DNA of 63,446 bases, filler included, from Globobulimina sp. (taxonomy: Eukaryota): assembly GCA_003354225.1 (NCBI GenBank). It is 26 parts of 26 records of this genome, joined end to end, with 100 filler letters (N's around TTAATTAATTAA, not from the genome) between each part and the next. Parts side by side here need not be neighbours in the genome. Positions count along the whole stretch, not along the records: positions 9,783 to 12,127 come from PIVH01007255.1; positions 12,228 to 14,572 come from PIVH01007256.1; positions 14,673 to 17,017 come from PIVH01007257.1; positions 17,118 to 19,462 come from PIVH01007258.1; positions 19,563 to 21,907 come from PIVH01007259.1; positions 22,008 to 24,352 come from PIVH01007260.1; 20 more parts are not named here. One strand, written 5' to 3'. Each line of letters begins with the position of its first letter. Position 1 is the first letter of the stretch. The notes under the pieces were generated by a model. That model did not search any database. It had not been told where the DNA came from and saw nothing but the letters and a program-made list of their open reading frames with translations. The position numbers and the translations under genes were made by a program. Positions 10,952-22,830 of the stretch are shown in pieces.

Positions 10952-12046
10952 ATGACGAACCTCCGCCGTTTCCCATTTACAATGACGAAGCCTAGCTATA
11001 AAATTGCGCATTTTGACAATAATATATTGTCTCCAAAAGAACACAACCATTTGAAACATTATTTGAATGAATATCAAAAGTGTGACAAAGATATTGGTAT
11101 TAAACGAAGAGACTCATCGATTGGCTCATGGAATATTTATGGTTTAGTTGATCCGGATAAACATTTGTCATCTTTTTCACATATATTTGATAAAAAATAT
11201 AGTGATCGCTCTTATAATTTCCATAAGTGGATACCATCCATTTTTTATGTGAATAAAGATAAAACAGAATGTAAATTATTATCGGAGATAGCAAATCTAA
11301 ATCCATACTTATATACAAATACAATTTATAAATCATTAACAAATTTATTTCTTAAAATGGTCCCAAAATTTGAATTAATTACAGAATATAATTTATCTCA
11401 AGTTCCATTGCGTGTCATTGTGAAAATACAAGATTTGCATATTTTAAACAACAGCGATAAATATAACTATCGAGGTCCAATTCATAAGGACGGTTTATAT
11501 GAAAATATTATTGGGGTTGGATTGTATTATTATGACATTTCTGACAATATAAATGGTGGCGAGTTGAAACTTTACGCTGTTAATACAATGCCCGAACGTG
11601 CATATATGGATGAAATAGAAATCAATATAAAGGAAAGAAGCTGTGTTGTATTGCAACATGAATTGTGTTTTCATCGAGTTTGTCAAGTAAATATTAATAA
11701 TAATACCTCCGGTAATCGCAAAATAATATCGTTTGCGCTGATTGGTCCAGATCCTGTGTATACGCGTAACGTTGTTCAATCCAAGATTCACGCCAACTCG
11801 ATTGTGGTTAATTGGATGTATCATTCACGACATATTATAACAAAGGCATTGGAGCAATTTAATTTAAACCGTATGGATTGTACGTGGTTAATCGGAGCAA
11901 TATGTGAATTTGTTGTTGGTGATAAGCAATTTATTGAACAAATGAGACATAAATATAATATATGTCGGTCAGGATATCAAGAAATCACTGCATCGGATGA
12001 AACAGACTTAACTAGGCCGCGGAAATTACTCGGAAACAAAGACTGA
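10952..12046 (+). CDS. DUF4246-like putative 2OG-Fe(II) dioxygenase
   Basis: HKWIPS, SEIANLNP, LRVIVKI, HKDG (HxD), ENIIGVGLYYYD, FHRV (distal His) and GNRKIISF (2OG-binding Arg). Confidence 0.7.
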   Translation: MTNLRRFPFTMTKPSYKIAHFDNNILSPKEHNHLKHYLNEYQKCDKDIGIKRRDSSIGSWNIYGLVDPDKHLSSFSHIFDKKYSDRSYNFHKWIPSIFYVNKDKTECKLLSEIANLNPYLYTNTIYKSLTNLFLKMVPKFELITEYNLSQVPLRVIVKIQDLHILNNSDKYNYRGPIHKDGLYENIIGVGLYYYDISDNINGGELKLYAVNTMPERAYMDEIEINIKERSCVVLQHELCFHRVCQVNINNNTSGNRKIISFALIGPDPVYTRNVVQSKIHANSIVVNWMYHSRHIITKALEQFNLNRMDCTWLIGAICEFVVGDKQFIEQMRHKYNICRSGYQEITASDETDLTRPRKLLGNKD

Positions 12047-12257
12047 TTTTTAGAGCATAATGTTTTTGCATGAAGAAATAGTTGTGTGAATGGCGCTTAA
12101 GTCCCCTCCAGCTTTACCAGATTTGTTNNNNNNNNNNNNNNNNNNNNNNNNNNNNNNNNNNNNNNNNNNNNTTAATTAATTAANNNNNNNNNNNNNNNNN
12201 NNNNNNNNNNNNNNNNNNNNNNNNNNNTGCAGTTCCTATACAAAAAAACAAGATAAA

Positions 12258-13043
12258 ATGATGCGATTAGCCAGCGTTAATTATATAGTTGGTAAAGGTC
12301 GCAAATGTAATTTGGATGATACATTGATGAAATATTTAGAGTATCATCAAAATGATAATCAATATATGAATGTAACAATGCAAGGATTACGATGTAACAC
12401 AGCAAATAAAGATGAATCACAATTTGTGCATAAATTTTGGAGATGGTACAGTACTGTTTGGAGGACTGAGGCAAAGAATCCAGGCAAACGAGTGTGTAAA
12501 ACATTATGTTTGGACAGAAGATGTCCCGCTGATGCTCATGATTGTTGTTTAGCTTTATTTTTTGACCTTTGTGTTACGGCGTCATTGACCTTTGTGTTTG
12601 GTCCAATATATTTCATCTCTAGATTTGTTACATTGTTGTTTCCTGCATTTATTGTGTTTTATTTATACTTTGGATATGGTATAAATATATGGAATACAGA
12701 CAGCATTCATATTTTCCAAATTGTTATGATTACAATTTATATGGTTTTATGTATTATTTTATCCATATTGTTTTATTCCAATATAAAGGAGCAATATCTA
12801 ATGGCACATTTATTACCCTCCAAAAAGAAAATTCAACAATTGGGATCAGGAGAAAAAGAAATGGAACTGCGGATTAAAGAGGTTATGAATCATTATTATG
12901 GGATAGTAACAATTCCAATACGAAGAGCAATGATAATTGAACGATTTGGCCCTGATTTAGGCCCTATTATCATATCGTTTTTACCAACAGATGATAATTT
13001 TGAAAATGTAGGACAAGTTGTAACAGTTCAAAATGTGGTGTGA
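12258..13043 (+). CDS. Hypothetical membrane protein with about 3 TM segments (probably 5'-partial)
   Basis: 261-aa ORF with hydrophobic helices. Confidence 0.6.
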   Translation: MMRLASVNYIVGKGRKCNLDDTLMKYLEYHQNDNQYMNVTMQGLRCNTANKDESQFVHKFWRWYSTVWRTEAKNPGKRVCKTLCLDRRCPADAHDCCLALFFDLCVTASLTFVFGPIYFISRFVTLLFPAFIVFYLYFGYGINIWNTDSIHIFQIVMITIYMVLCIILSILFYSNIKEQYLMAHLLPSKKKIQQLGSGEKEMELRIKEVMNHYYGIVTIPIRRAMIIERFGPDLGPIIISFLPTDDNFENVGQVVTVQNVV

Positions 13044-13167
13044 TTGTCTTGCAATTGTTTTGTTATGCATGCCGATCCTTTTTACCATTTTGAAGTACCC
13101 TCATTAACATCGTCGGACATTCAGACTATATACAAAATCGTTGTTGGATGTTAACAAAAAAAAAAGT

Positions 13168-13976
13168 TCACAATTTTGATTTGCCAATTACATCATCCAA
13201 GTCATTGATAACTTGATAGTATAAATCATTTTTAATGCGTGAATAATTTGCTCTATTGTGTGCAAAACGGGTTAATGTTGATGCAAATTCAACACATTGT
13301 TCAATAAATTTATCATTATTTTCATTGTCCATTTCTGTATCAATTATACGAGCATTAAGTGCCTCATTTGATCCATATTCTTTCCCAGTCAACATAACTG
13401 TTCTTATAGTATTTAGTGGTAATTTGCATGACATTATCCTTCTCCAGCCTTTATTTGGTGTCACACCAAGCTTGACAGCAGGCATACATAACTTGCCACA
13501 GTTTTTTCTCATTATTCTATAATCACAACATAATGCCACAAATAATCCAATTCCAAATGAATGGCCATTAATTGCAGCCACTGTGGGCATATTAAATGTC
13601 AATAATCGCCTAACAACATATGACAATTTTTTTTTTATTAATTCTCCGTTTTGAACATCTTCATTGGATATGCCTTTTGAAAAATGTTTCACATCTATTC
13701 CAGCACTGAAAAACCTATCTGTTCCCGTTACTATCAAACATTTGTTATCTTTAATACTATGTAATTATTAAATGAAAAAAATTCTGTTGAATAATGAAAA
13801 TAATAAATACTTAACGATTCAACATAATCTAATGCAGAATTAAATTGATGTGTAAACTCTGGATTGAACACATTGATATTTTTAGAGCCCGTTTCAGATC
13901 TACCATGCATTCTCATTAATAATACATCTTTGATTGATGTTATTGTGATTGAATTCGAACTGAAAACCGATGCCAT
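13168..13976 (-). CDS. Peroxisomal enoyl-CoA delta-isomerase / crotonase-family protein; intron 13757-13815
   Basis: FFSAGIDV and PTVAAINGHSFGIGLFVALCCDYR crotonase motifs, C-terminal SKL (PTS1). A 59-nt GTTAAG...CATAG intron joins ORFs 13734-14015 and 13168-13737 in frame. Confidence 0.88.
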
Positions 13977-14065
13977 TGTGTCTGAGTGTAAAAACGCGGT
14001 GTGGTAGGACACCAAAAACGCGTCTCATTATATACAAAATAAATTCTTCTTCAAAACTTTAAGAA

Positions 14066-14572
14066 TCAATACAATTCTTGACAAGATGTTAAAGTGACAG
14101 AAGATCCAACATGTCCACCCAGACACACAGCAATATAAAATTGTGGTGGAAGTGAAGTTTCACAAAAATTATTCTCATTTCCCTCCACCCATATTTTTGC
14201 ATTTAGTTTGCTGCAATCAACCGTTACATGTATAATATCGTGAATTTGCAACGTTAATCTCCGAGCATTTCTACTCTGAAACTCTGAAGAACCTCTAAAG
14301 TCCCGATCTGAATAATAAAATGTGCAATGTCCGCCAAATCCCCAATCACTATGTTCCAATTGCAATACACGATCATTCTCCAAACATACCATAAACCCCA
14401 AACCAATATGATCGGCTTTAGCATCAATGACAAATGACAACTTAAATTTTCTTTTTTCAATATGTGTATCAATTTTATCCCCCAAAATAACACAACATAA
14501 TAAGCCATCACTTACATTCCCATAACGAGCAGTTTTGCCATCATTTACAATATTAACTCTCTCCAAACTAGA
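14066..14572 (-). CDS. SPRY/B30.2-like domain protein (5'-partial)
   Basis: HIGLGFM ... HDIIHVTVDC ... FYIAVCLG beta-sandwich pattern. Confidence 0.55.
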   Translation of the reverse strand, partial: SSLERVNIVNDGKTARYGNVSDGLLCCVILGDKIDTHIEKRKFKLSFVIDAKADHIGLGFMVCLENDRVLQLEHSDWGFGGHCTFYYSDRDFRGSSEFQSRNARRLTLQIHDIIHVTVDCSKLNAKIWVEGNENNFCETSLPPQFYIAVCLGGHVGSSVTLTSCQELY

Positions 14573-14676
14573 NNNNNNNNNNNNNNNNNNNNNNNNNNNN
14601 NNNNNNNNNNNNNNNNTTAATTAATTAANNNNNNNNNNNNNNNNNNNNNNNNNNNNNNNNNNNNNNNNNNNNAAAT

Positions 14677-14701
<25 letters not shown>

Positions 14702-14707
<6 letters not shown>

Positions 14708-16354
14708 CAAAAAAAAAAAGAAAAAAAAAGTAAATCCTCCAAACGGAAACATACCACCCATGGTACGACCAGTGGTAATACTAAACGTGATGTATCAGCA
14801 ACGGCGACTGCAACAGTAACAGCAACAGCAACAGCAACAGCTGCAGACTCATTAAATAATTCAGTGTCTGTAGATGATGCATTATTAAGTATTCAAATCT
14901 TATCTGAACAAATTGCACAAATTAAGCAATTAGCACAACAACGAAATGTATCATTGGACCACCCCGACATTAAGACTTATTTACAACGATTGAATAGATT
15001 GAAAATGTTTGCTAGACAGAAAATTGATGCCAAGGATCAAGCCAAACGTTCAAAATCAGTTAAGAAATTTCTCATAATTTCAGCCAGTTCAACAACAAAA
15101 ATGCGTCTATCGTTGGTCGTAAACATGCAACCATTTCTGTTTAGGATCTCCATTCGACGCAAACAATAACATTCTCATCCATCCTTTGACAGATTTTATA
15201 GTTTTTATAACAATTTGTTGTCATTCAAAATTCAAATTATTATTTTGTATGACTGTGCAATGAGACACATTTCTTCTTACATTAACATTCAAAGCTAACT
15301 GTTTATTTTGTTTTTTTATAACTAGAAAAAGAAAAGTAAGCGATCCAAAGATGACGATAGCGATATAGAGATGGAACACAATTATAAAAGCAAAAAGAAA
15401 TCAAAACATAAGGACAAACGTAAAAAAAAAAGGAAATCCAAAACAAAATCCAAACATAAGAAACAATCTGATATATCATCCATGGATTCATCATCGGGGT
15501 CATCCTCATCCTCTTCTGAGCAAAACAATTCATACATGCATCATAATGCGGATAGACATCGACCAGAAATGGACAAATCACATAATAATAATAAATATGG
15601 CAATAACACGCATTCACATCCACATAGATCAAAATCGCCAATACGGGACAGACACAATGATAGATACAAACAAAGCAATGACAATAATAATGGAAGTGGA
15701 ACCGGAGGAGGTGGTGGATATGGCTATGGCGGTGGTAGTGGCGGTGGGTATTATCGAGGGAGAGGTGGATACAATAATTATTATCGCGGAAGAGGCAGTG
15801 GTTATTTTCGAGGCGGAGGTGGTGGTTATCGAGGGAGAGGAGGCGGTGGCGGAGGTTATCGAGGTCGAGGCGGCGGATATTATGGGGATAGAGGTGGATA
15901 TATGGGGCGGGGGAGGGGCTATCGAGGAGCATTTCGATCCAGAGGACATTATGGGGGACATTATCATGATTATAATTATAATAAACATGATCATTATGAC
16001 AAACATGACAAGTATGATAAGCACGACAAGTACGACAAATATGACAAGTATGACAATAGAGGGCGAGGCAGTGGCAGTGGCAGTGGCAGTGGGAGCGGGA
16101 GCGGAGGATATGATAAGTATGGAGGCAATGCAAATAACAGTAATAATGATAAGTATGCGGATAAATATGATAAATATGGGCATGGCGGCAGAGGAGGCAG
16201 AGGTGGCATGAATATGAGAGGAGGTGGTATGTCGGGGAGGGGAGGCTATGTGTCGCCTTTTCAAGATCCGGGTTGGGTGAGATTTGAAGCAGTTGACCCA
16301 AATAAAAGATTTGGTTTACGCGGATATCGCCCCTTTGAGAGGTATGTACAATAA
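14702..16354 (+). CDS. Lys/Ser-rich, RGG/YGG-rich low-complexity putative RNA-binding protein; intron 15059-15325 (5'-partial)
   Basis: Extensive RGG/GYRG repeats and (Y/H)DK repeats. A phase-0 GTTAAG...CTAG intron joins ORF 14864 to the frame of ORF 15371. Confidence 0.7.
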
Positions 16355-16551
16355 TACTATACAGTTTATCTTTATGTGTTGATTTAAATGCTTTGCTTTA
16401 TTATCATGTTTTTTTTTCCATGTTCGCCTTGAATTCGCTTTTTCAGTACAAGCATAAAAGTGTGATATGTATGAAATGTTGAAATGAAATGAGATAATAA
16501 TGGATTGGATTTATTGTGTGTACATGTATACAAAATAAGGAATAGAATAAT

Positions 16552-16607
16552 AGTGTAGAGAGTGTAGAGAGTGTAGAGAGTGTAGCATAGAGCATAGAGC
16601 ATAGCAT
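16552..16607. repeat. Adjacent short tandem repeats (AGTGTAGAG)n and (CATAGAG)n
   Basis: Read directly from the sequence. Confidence 0.85.
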
Positions 16608-17264
16608 AAAAAAAATAAAATTAACTTTGTAAAAATGTTTTTGAAACAATAAACAAAAAAACCCAACAAATAATAAATAATAAACACTAACTAATAGAGC
16701 GAGAGCAATAAAAAGATGTGATAATGTGGCGGAGAAAATAGATTTATTGATAGATTGGGTTCGTTACGCCTTCCCACCCCATCATGAATTGGACATATTT
16801 GATGTAGTGATGAATGTACATTTACATTTAATGACCTTATCCTTTGAGAAAATAACGGAAGCAAAGCTGGATGAAATTGATGTATTTATTAATTCAAAAG
16901 TGAAGGATTCTGACCATTTGATACCAAACTCATTCAAATATGATGACACAAATCTATTGGAACGACATGAAACCGATAGAATAAGGTTTGTTAGGTTTGT
17001 AAATATATATTTCTTTGNNNNNNNNNNNNNNNNNNNNNNNNNNNNNNNNNNNNNNNNNNNNTTAATTAATTAANNNNNNNNNNNNNNNNNNNNNNNNNNN
17101 NNNNNNNNNNNNNNNNNTATCCAAAGTATATTGCTTTAATGAAAGTGTATGTGAATTAAATTGGAGGAGAGAATGGTGTGAAATTGCCGCAAGACACTGA
17201 ACTGTTTGCATAATTTGTAAAAACTTTGCTTCTTTTTTCCTTGTAATAAGTTATATTAAATATC

Positions 17265-18566
17265 ATGGCAGCACCAATTCGCGATGTTCCTCTCCCTACC
17301 GATATACGCACCGTTAATATTGACGTAAAAACAGGAGAAACCGTACTCCTTGTAATAAAAAATAACAATATCAATGGAAAACGGGAGAGAAGCAGCGATG
17401 AGGACGATGATATGAATAATAATAATAATAATAACAACAATAACAACAACAACAACCACAACCAAAACAACCGAAATAACCGCAAACGTAATAATAGAGA
17501 CCGACGCCATGGCAAAGGCGAAAACAATGGCAATGGCAATACAAATAACCAAAACAACAATTGGGGCGGAGGAATTTTTTCATGTTATAAAGACGCTGTA
17601 TCGCAACCATCAAAAAAGATGAAACTGAGTTATTTAATCTATTTATTTTCTATATAATATAACGTGTTTGCACATAAAAACAAATGGAAAATGATAATAT
17701 AACATTCAGCCAATGGCGACAGCAAAAATGTGGATGAAACCAACCATAACAACACATTGAATAAAATAATAAAAATGATAAACAATGGCGATGAAACAGG
17801 GATTCACGCATTAAGCGAATGGATCCAATCAGTATCCGGCAATAAAAAACATGTAAAAACCACACATATTATTACCAAAACATTATCAGAATATTTTGTA
17901 AATATATATTACAAACACTTGGAATGCGACGATAAGCCCATTATTATGTGTTTAAAGAATGCGTTTTTGTATTTGCCGATGGCAGAAAATGAGATTTTAA
18001 CATTGTTGCGTGCATATTTTAAATTAGTGTCATTAAACATTAACAAAATAGAATTGGCGCAGCGATTTATGGTGCAAATTGGACGTATGATTAAACCTTT
18101 GATTGTGGCACAATTTAAAAATAACGACGATACATTGCGATTGCGCCAATTGGTGGACGAGTTCTCCCGCCATGCCATTGAATCACGGCAACAGATGGTG
18201 TGGCTATTATGCATAGCTGTTTGGTGCTATTATTTGAATAAAGGGCGCCAACAGTTGTTAGATAATGAAAGTGAAAAGATACAATTTATAAAGAACAATC
18301 GGTGTAATATTAACGCGTTATATGATGTATTATCCGCATCATTTGAATGCATGGCCCAATTTCAGTCGTTATTTGTATTAAAACCCATAAATGTGATGGA
18401 TTGCATCTTATTTTTTGTAATCGCTTTTCATGAACAGACGCATACGGACAATCTATTTATTATGAATTTCAATAATGAGAAAATAAAAATGTTATCAAAT
18501 GTTATCGCAAACAAACAAATTTTATTGGAGATAAACCATCGAAAAGAACTATTTAAACATAAGCTA

Positions 18567-18601
<35 letters not shown>

Positions 18602-19094
18602 CAAAACGAGAAAAGATTTAATAGCCGATCCGTGTGAGTCTAAATCTGAATTTAATAATGATAATAAATCTGCAAAAACAGCCACATATAAAAGAAAGTC
18701 GCGATCTGAAATCAGTGATGATGAATATCGAAATGAAAGAGCCAAAGCAATAAAAAATAGAAATCAAATGTTAAAAATACCATTTTTAAATAAAAAGGAA
18801 ATAGCGGAGGATGCGACGTATTGTGAGATAAACAACACATATTACTCGAAAATTATGGGAATTGGATATAAAGAATGGGAAAACATAAAAAATTGCAAAA
18901 AATTTGTTAAAGTTAAAATTGAGCCAACATCACAAAAAGGTATTGGATTCGCATGGAATACGAAGGAAGAGTATGCTATGTGTCTTATAGATGGATGCGA
19001 GGCGGTGTTTTTCCAAGGAGATGAGACAAAAAAACTCAAAGTAAATTCTAAAATGTGGAAACACAGAGCAAGAGCTCATCCGAAACCGAAATAG
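17265..19094 (+). CDS. Asn-rich protein with C-terminal BED-like zinc finger; intron 17629-17709
   Basis: An 81-nt phase-1 GTTATT...CAG intron joins ORFs 17265 and 17730. C-terminus is CLIDGC-x21-HRARAH. Confidence 0.65.
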
Positions 19095-19410
19095 TGAACA
19101 CATCTTTTTTTTTTATTATTTTATTTTTTCTCAATTATTTTAAATGTTTCTGATTAAAACACCTTTAAATTATTGATCAACAATCTGTTCCGGATTAGCC
19201 AATCCTTGATAATTTTGTGCAGCAATCGGTCCAGTCAAAATGTGATCAAATAACATGTCAGAAACAATCAGCATAGCTGTTAAAAACATAAATATTCCGA
19301 TCCAAATCTAAACTAAGAGGAAACACTTGCTTGGCGGGTTTATGTTCTTTTGTTTATTGTTTGTTTATGTGTTGTTTGGCGGTCTGTTGATGTAACGCCA
19401 TTCAAACGAT

Positions 19411-19462
19411 TTGATTATTTATTAAGTTAATGTGCGAGCACTTGTGTGCCTTCTTGGGGAAA
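19411..19462 (+). mobile_element. Probable 3' terminus of a CRE-related non-LTR element or SINE-like derivative
   Basis: Matches 34001-34062 (GATTATTTATTAAGTT, TGT.CGAGCAC, TGTGCC). Preceded by a GT-rich tract and runs into A at the contig edge. Confidence 0.55.
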
Positions 19463-20070
19463 NNNNNNNNNNNNNNNNNNNNNNNNNNNNNNNNNNNNNN
19501 NNNNNNTTAATTAATTAANNNNNNNNNNNNNNNNNNNNNNNNNNNNNNNNNNNNNNNNNNNNTTTATGATATAAAAAATGTAGGTAATTCTGTATTATAT
19601 CCTTTTCAACATAAATATGATTGATATAATTAAACATTTATTCGATTAGTGTAATAAATATAGACTGTAGACGGATAAAATTAACTGAATTATCTACTTT
19701 GCTTTCAATTCAGTTAAATGCACTAATTCTAATAGGCATTTTTGCTTTATAAAATATCTAAATAAAAAAACAACAATTACAAGTAAAGTTGCTATGTATC
19801 TCTCCTACAATCATGAACAAACAAATTGTCCCTTGTGCAACATAAGGAGATGAATTGCCAACTACTTCCTAAATTATTTGATGCTGTGCCATCATTGCTA
19901 CTGTCTTCAATAAAATTATATGGGAAATACTGACATGTTTGATCCAGAGTTGTATTGCTGTCTTGAATGTTATCTGTTTTTTGTTTCTTGGATTGTTGTT
20001 TACTCTTTGCACTGTTTCCTAATGTCCTTTTGCTTGCCATTTGTTTTGATAGTACTGTATAGCAGTGGGC

Positions 20071-20142
20071 GATATGAATATTATTAGTTAATTATGAATA
20101 TTTTTAGTGTAATTGTGAATATTATTAGTTTAATTATGAATT
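20071..20142. repeat. AT-rich tandem repeat of about 20 bp (TGAATATTATTAGTTAATTA-like, ~3.5 copies)
   Basis: Read directly from the sequence. Confidence 0.7.
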
Positions 20143-20365
20143 GACTTTTTGCTTCGTATGAAAAGGTCGATCGAATATTCACCGCCAAATCTAATTCCAT
20201 GAGCCAGAACCACAATATCAGTCACTTTAAATTGGTCAGAAACGAAAAAACTTTTCGATATTATAATAATTCTTGGAATAATATGACAATATTAATTGAT
20301 AACATAAACATTGATAATATAATAAAAATAATCGGAAAATTGGTAAAAAAAAGAAAAATCGATCA

Positions 20366-21907
20366 CTATTTAAATTGAATAGATATTGCGGTGATATTAT
20401 CTCTCGAACCATTATCCATAGCTTGTTCAGTTAAATACATTAAACAATTTAAATTTGAATTTTTCTCATTTTTATGTTCCTCGAAAATATATTTACAATT
20501 TTTAACAATTTTTTCATTATTCCAATTGGGAGCAACTAAACCATCACAAAACATTAGCAATGTTTCATTTTGTTTGCAAATAATATGTTTACATTCAGCC
20601 AATGCTATAATTTTCTGCTGATTTTGTGATAAGTCTTTATTATTTTTCATTGGATGACAACCAAAACCTCGCGAAACCTCAACAATTCCATCAATCCGAT
20701 TATTTATAATCTTACCATCTGCATTTTCAATTCTTTCCATTTCTGTTTCCACGCTGCAAACATGATCAACTGTTACACTTTGAAAATTATAATCTTTTTC
20801 AATGGTTATTGCGCGAGAATCACCTGCCCAAAATACACGAACCTCAAAGTCTTAAATTAAATTAAATAACATAAATATACAGATTTGCTAATTGCTATCG
20901 ACAGTGTTTCTCCGTTTTTTGTGTGTTTTTTGATTTGGAGCTAATGTAAGTAACGTTTCATGTTTCTGAGTCTGACCAATATTCACAAACGGTGAAAAAC
21001 GATATTTTCGGAAATATATAATAATGAAAGGAATGCATTTAATTTCGAGGTTGAGGGGTTCAGAAGTTGATGGATAAAAAACAGACTTATTATAAATGCA
21101 TTCCTTTCAATGTATATGCAACTGCATAATAAATGTTTTGCTTTGTTTTCTGATAATTATATTTCGTTATTATATTTGCTTTGTTTTCTGCTCAGTTATT
21201 ATATTTCGTTGAGGATCGCGATCGATTATGTTACATTTAGTATAAAGAATACTTTTTACTTTTGACAATGTTCAGTCACTGACAGTCAGAAACAACTACG
21301 AAAAATGTTGAGATTCTGACAAAAACAAACGATAAAGAAACAAACCATGATATTCATGAATCGACTCAATCGGAGAAAATGTATCTGCTGCTACGCTTTG
21401 ATAGATATTTGCCTCATTGATACTTGAGCTGTTTGATGAGACTCTAAAATGATTTCGTACATTTGTGGGTGTTTCTTGATATGAGAATGACGGAACATTT
21501 TTGAGATGAAGTGGTTGCATTGTAGGCGTTGCAGAAAAATCACTAGCAAACGTTTCTGCGATTACTGGCTGTCTAATATTAATAACTTTGATTAGTGCGA
21601 ATACGAAAGTTGAGCCAGCTGCTTCCATTTCATTCTGTGCTAACCAGTCTTTATCCATTTCATTGATTGCATTTATAATGGAATTATCATCAGATACATC
21701 ACTTAAATCGTTTACAACATTTAATATGTTTTCTGATAAATATGAAGAGGCTTCGAATCCATTGAAACCATCAAATATACCAAATAACGAATATTGTGGA
21801 TGATTGGGAATGCTTAAGCACACTGTGTGTCTATCTTCCATTTTTCTGCGGTAATATCCTTGGTTGGAATAAACACTGCAATTATAAACTTCATTTAAAT
21901 ATGAATC
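20366..21907 (-). CDS. Protein phosphatase 2C (PPM family), multi-exon, 5'-partial
   Basis: RRKMEDRH, FGIFDGFNG, GSTF, WAGDSRA, DH, VSRGFG, LMFCDGL and GSRDNIT motifs. The middle exon structure (about 20850-21350) is unresolved. Confidence 0.88.
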
Positions 21908-22074
21908 NNNNNNNNNNNNNNNNNNNNNNNNNNNNNNNNNNNNNNNNNNNNTTAATTAATTAANNNNNNNNNNNNNNNNNNNNNNNNNNNNNNNNNNNNN
22001 NNNNNNNACAATCTTAAAAATCAATGTCATGACCAACTTGGACTTGTTGTGCAATAAATTGTTTCCACGAGTTT

Positions 22075-22830
22075 TCATTCGCTTTGCGCTCCATTTTTGC
22101 TCTCGACATTTGCGCCCAAATTGCATAACTTATTTTCTTTTTTTTTATTATTGTTATTATCTTCAAATTGAGGTTGCATAACCTCATCATCAATAAAGTC
22201 ATATTGAGAACATTCATCAAAATGTGCGTATTTATTTTGTTGATATTTACAATTATTGCAACATATTTTATCATTCTCTGTATAGGTATTTGAAACCAAA
22301 CAATCGATACAAACCCAATTCTCATCACATTGTTGACATTTTTGTATTGAATGCATTCCCTTTCCGTCATTATCACAATCAATGCAAAATATTTTACCAC
22401 ATTGTGTACAGTTCCATAACTTCAATTCCTTACACTTTAAACATAAACATCTGACCAATAATTTGGGTTTACCACTCCTTCCAAAATCAAATACTTTTTC
22501 CTTGCCATAATCCACTGTTTTGCAGCCACACACTGCTAACAATAAACTATAACAACCATCCTCGTCACAGGCATTAAAACATATGGATTGACCACCGATT
22601 TGTAAGCCGCATTCATCACATTTTACATATGAGGCCATACAGAATGAACATATAAATTTATCAACAAATCCAGTCAAAGCCCGACAGTCCTGACACAAAA
22701 CCACAGTGTCACAAACTACACATTTTACTGCACATTTCAAGCAATATTCGTCATCACAAACTCCATCGCATCTTTTACTGCTTGTTTGCCTCTCACATTT
22801 GTTACAAACTACGTGACCACATTCAAAGAC
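22075..22830 (-). CDS. Cys-rich (multiple CxxC) putative zinc-binding protein
   Basis: More than 10 CxxC pairs. Start uncertain. Confidence 0.55.
   Translation of the reverse strand, partial: VFECGHVVCNKCERQTSSKRCDGVCDDEYCLKCAVKCVVCDTVVLCQDCRALTGFVDKFICSFCMASYVKCDECGLQIGGQSICFNACDEDGCYSLLLAVCGCKTVDYGKEKVFDFGRSGKPKLLVRCLCLKCKELKLWNCTQCGKIFCIDCDNDGKGMHSIQKCQQCDENWVCIDCLVSNTYTENDKICCNNCKYQQNKYAHFDECSQYDFIDDEVMQPQFEDNNNNKKKENKLCNLGANVESKNGAQSE

Noticed and set aside
14681-14730. Poly(A) tail of a retrocopy
   Set aside because: It is in frame with a Lys-rich coding region at a contig edge and may be low-quality sequence; it cannot be resolved.
15059-15325. snoRNA in the unusually long intron
   Set aside because: No convincing C/D or H/ACA boxes with a terminal stem by eye. 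An Infernal search would be needed.
15303-16301. Long overlapping antisense/alternative-frame ORFs (also around 17156-17613 and 26850-28231)
   Set aside because: These are shadows of low-complexity, stop-poor coding repeats.
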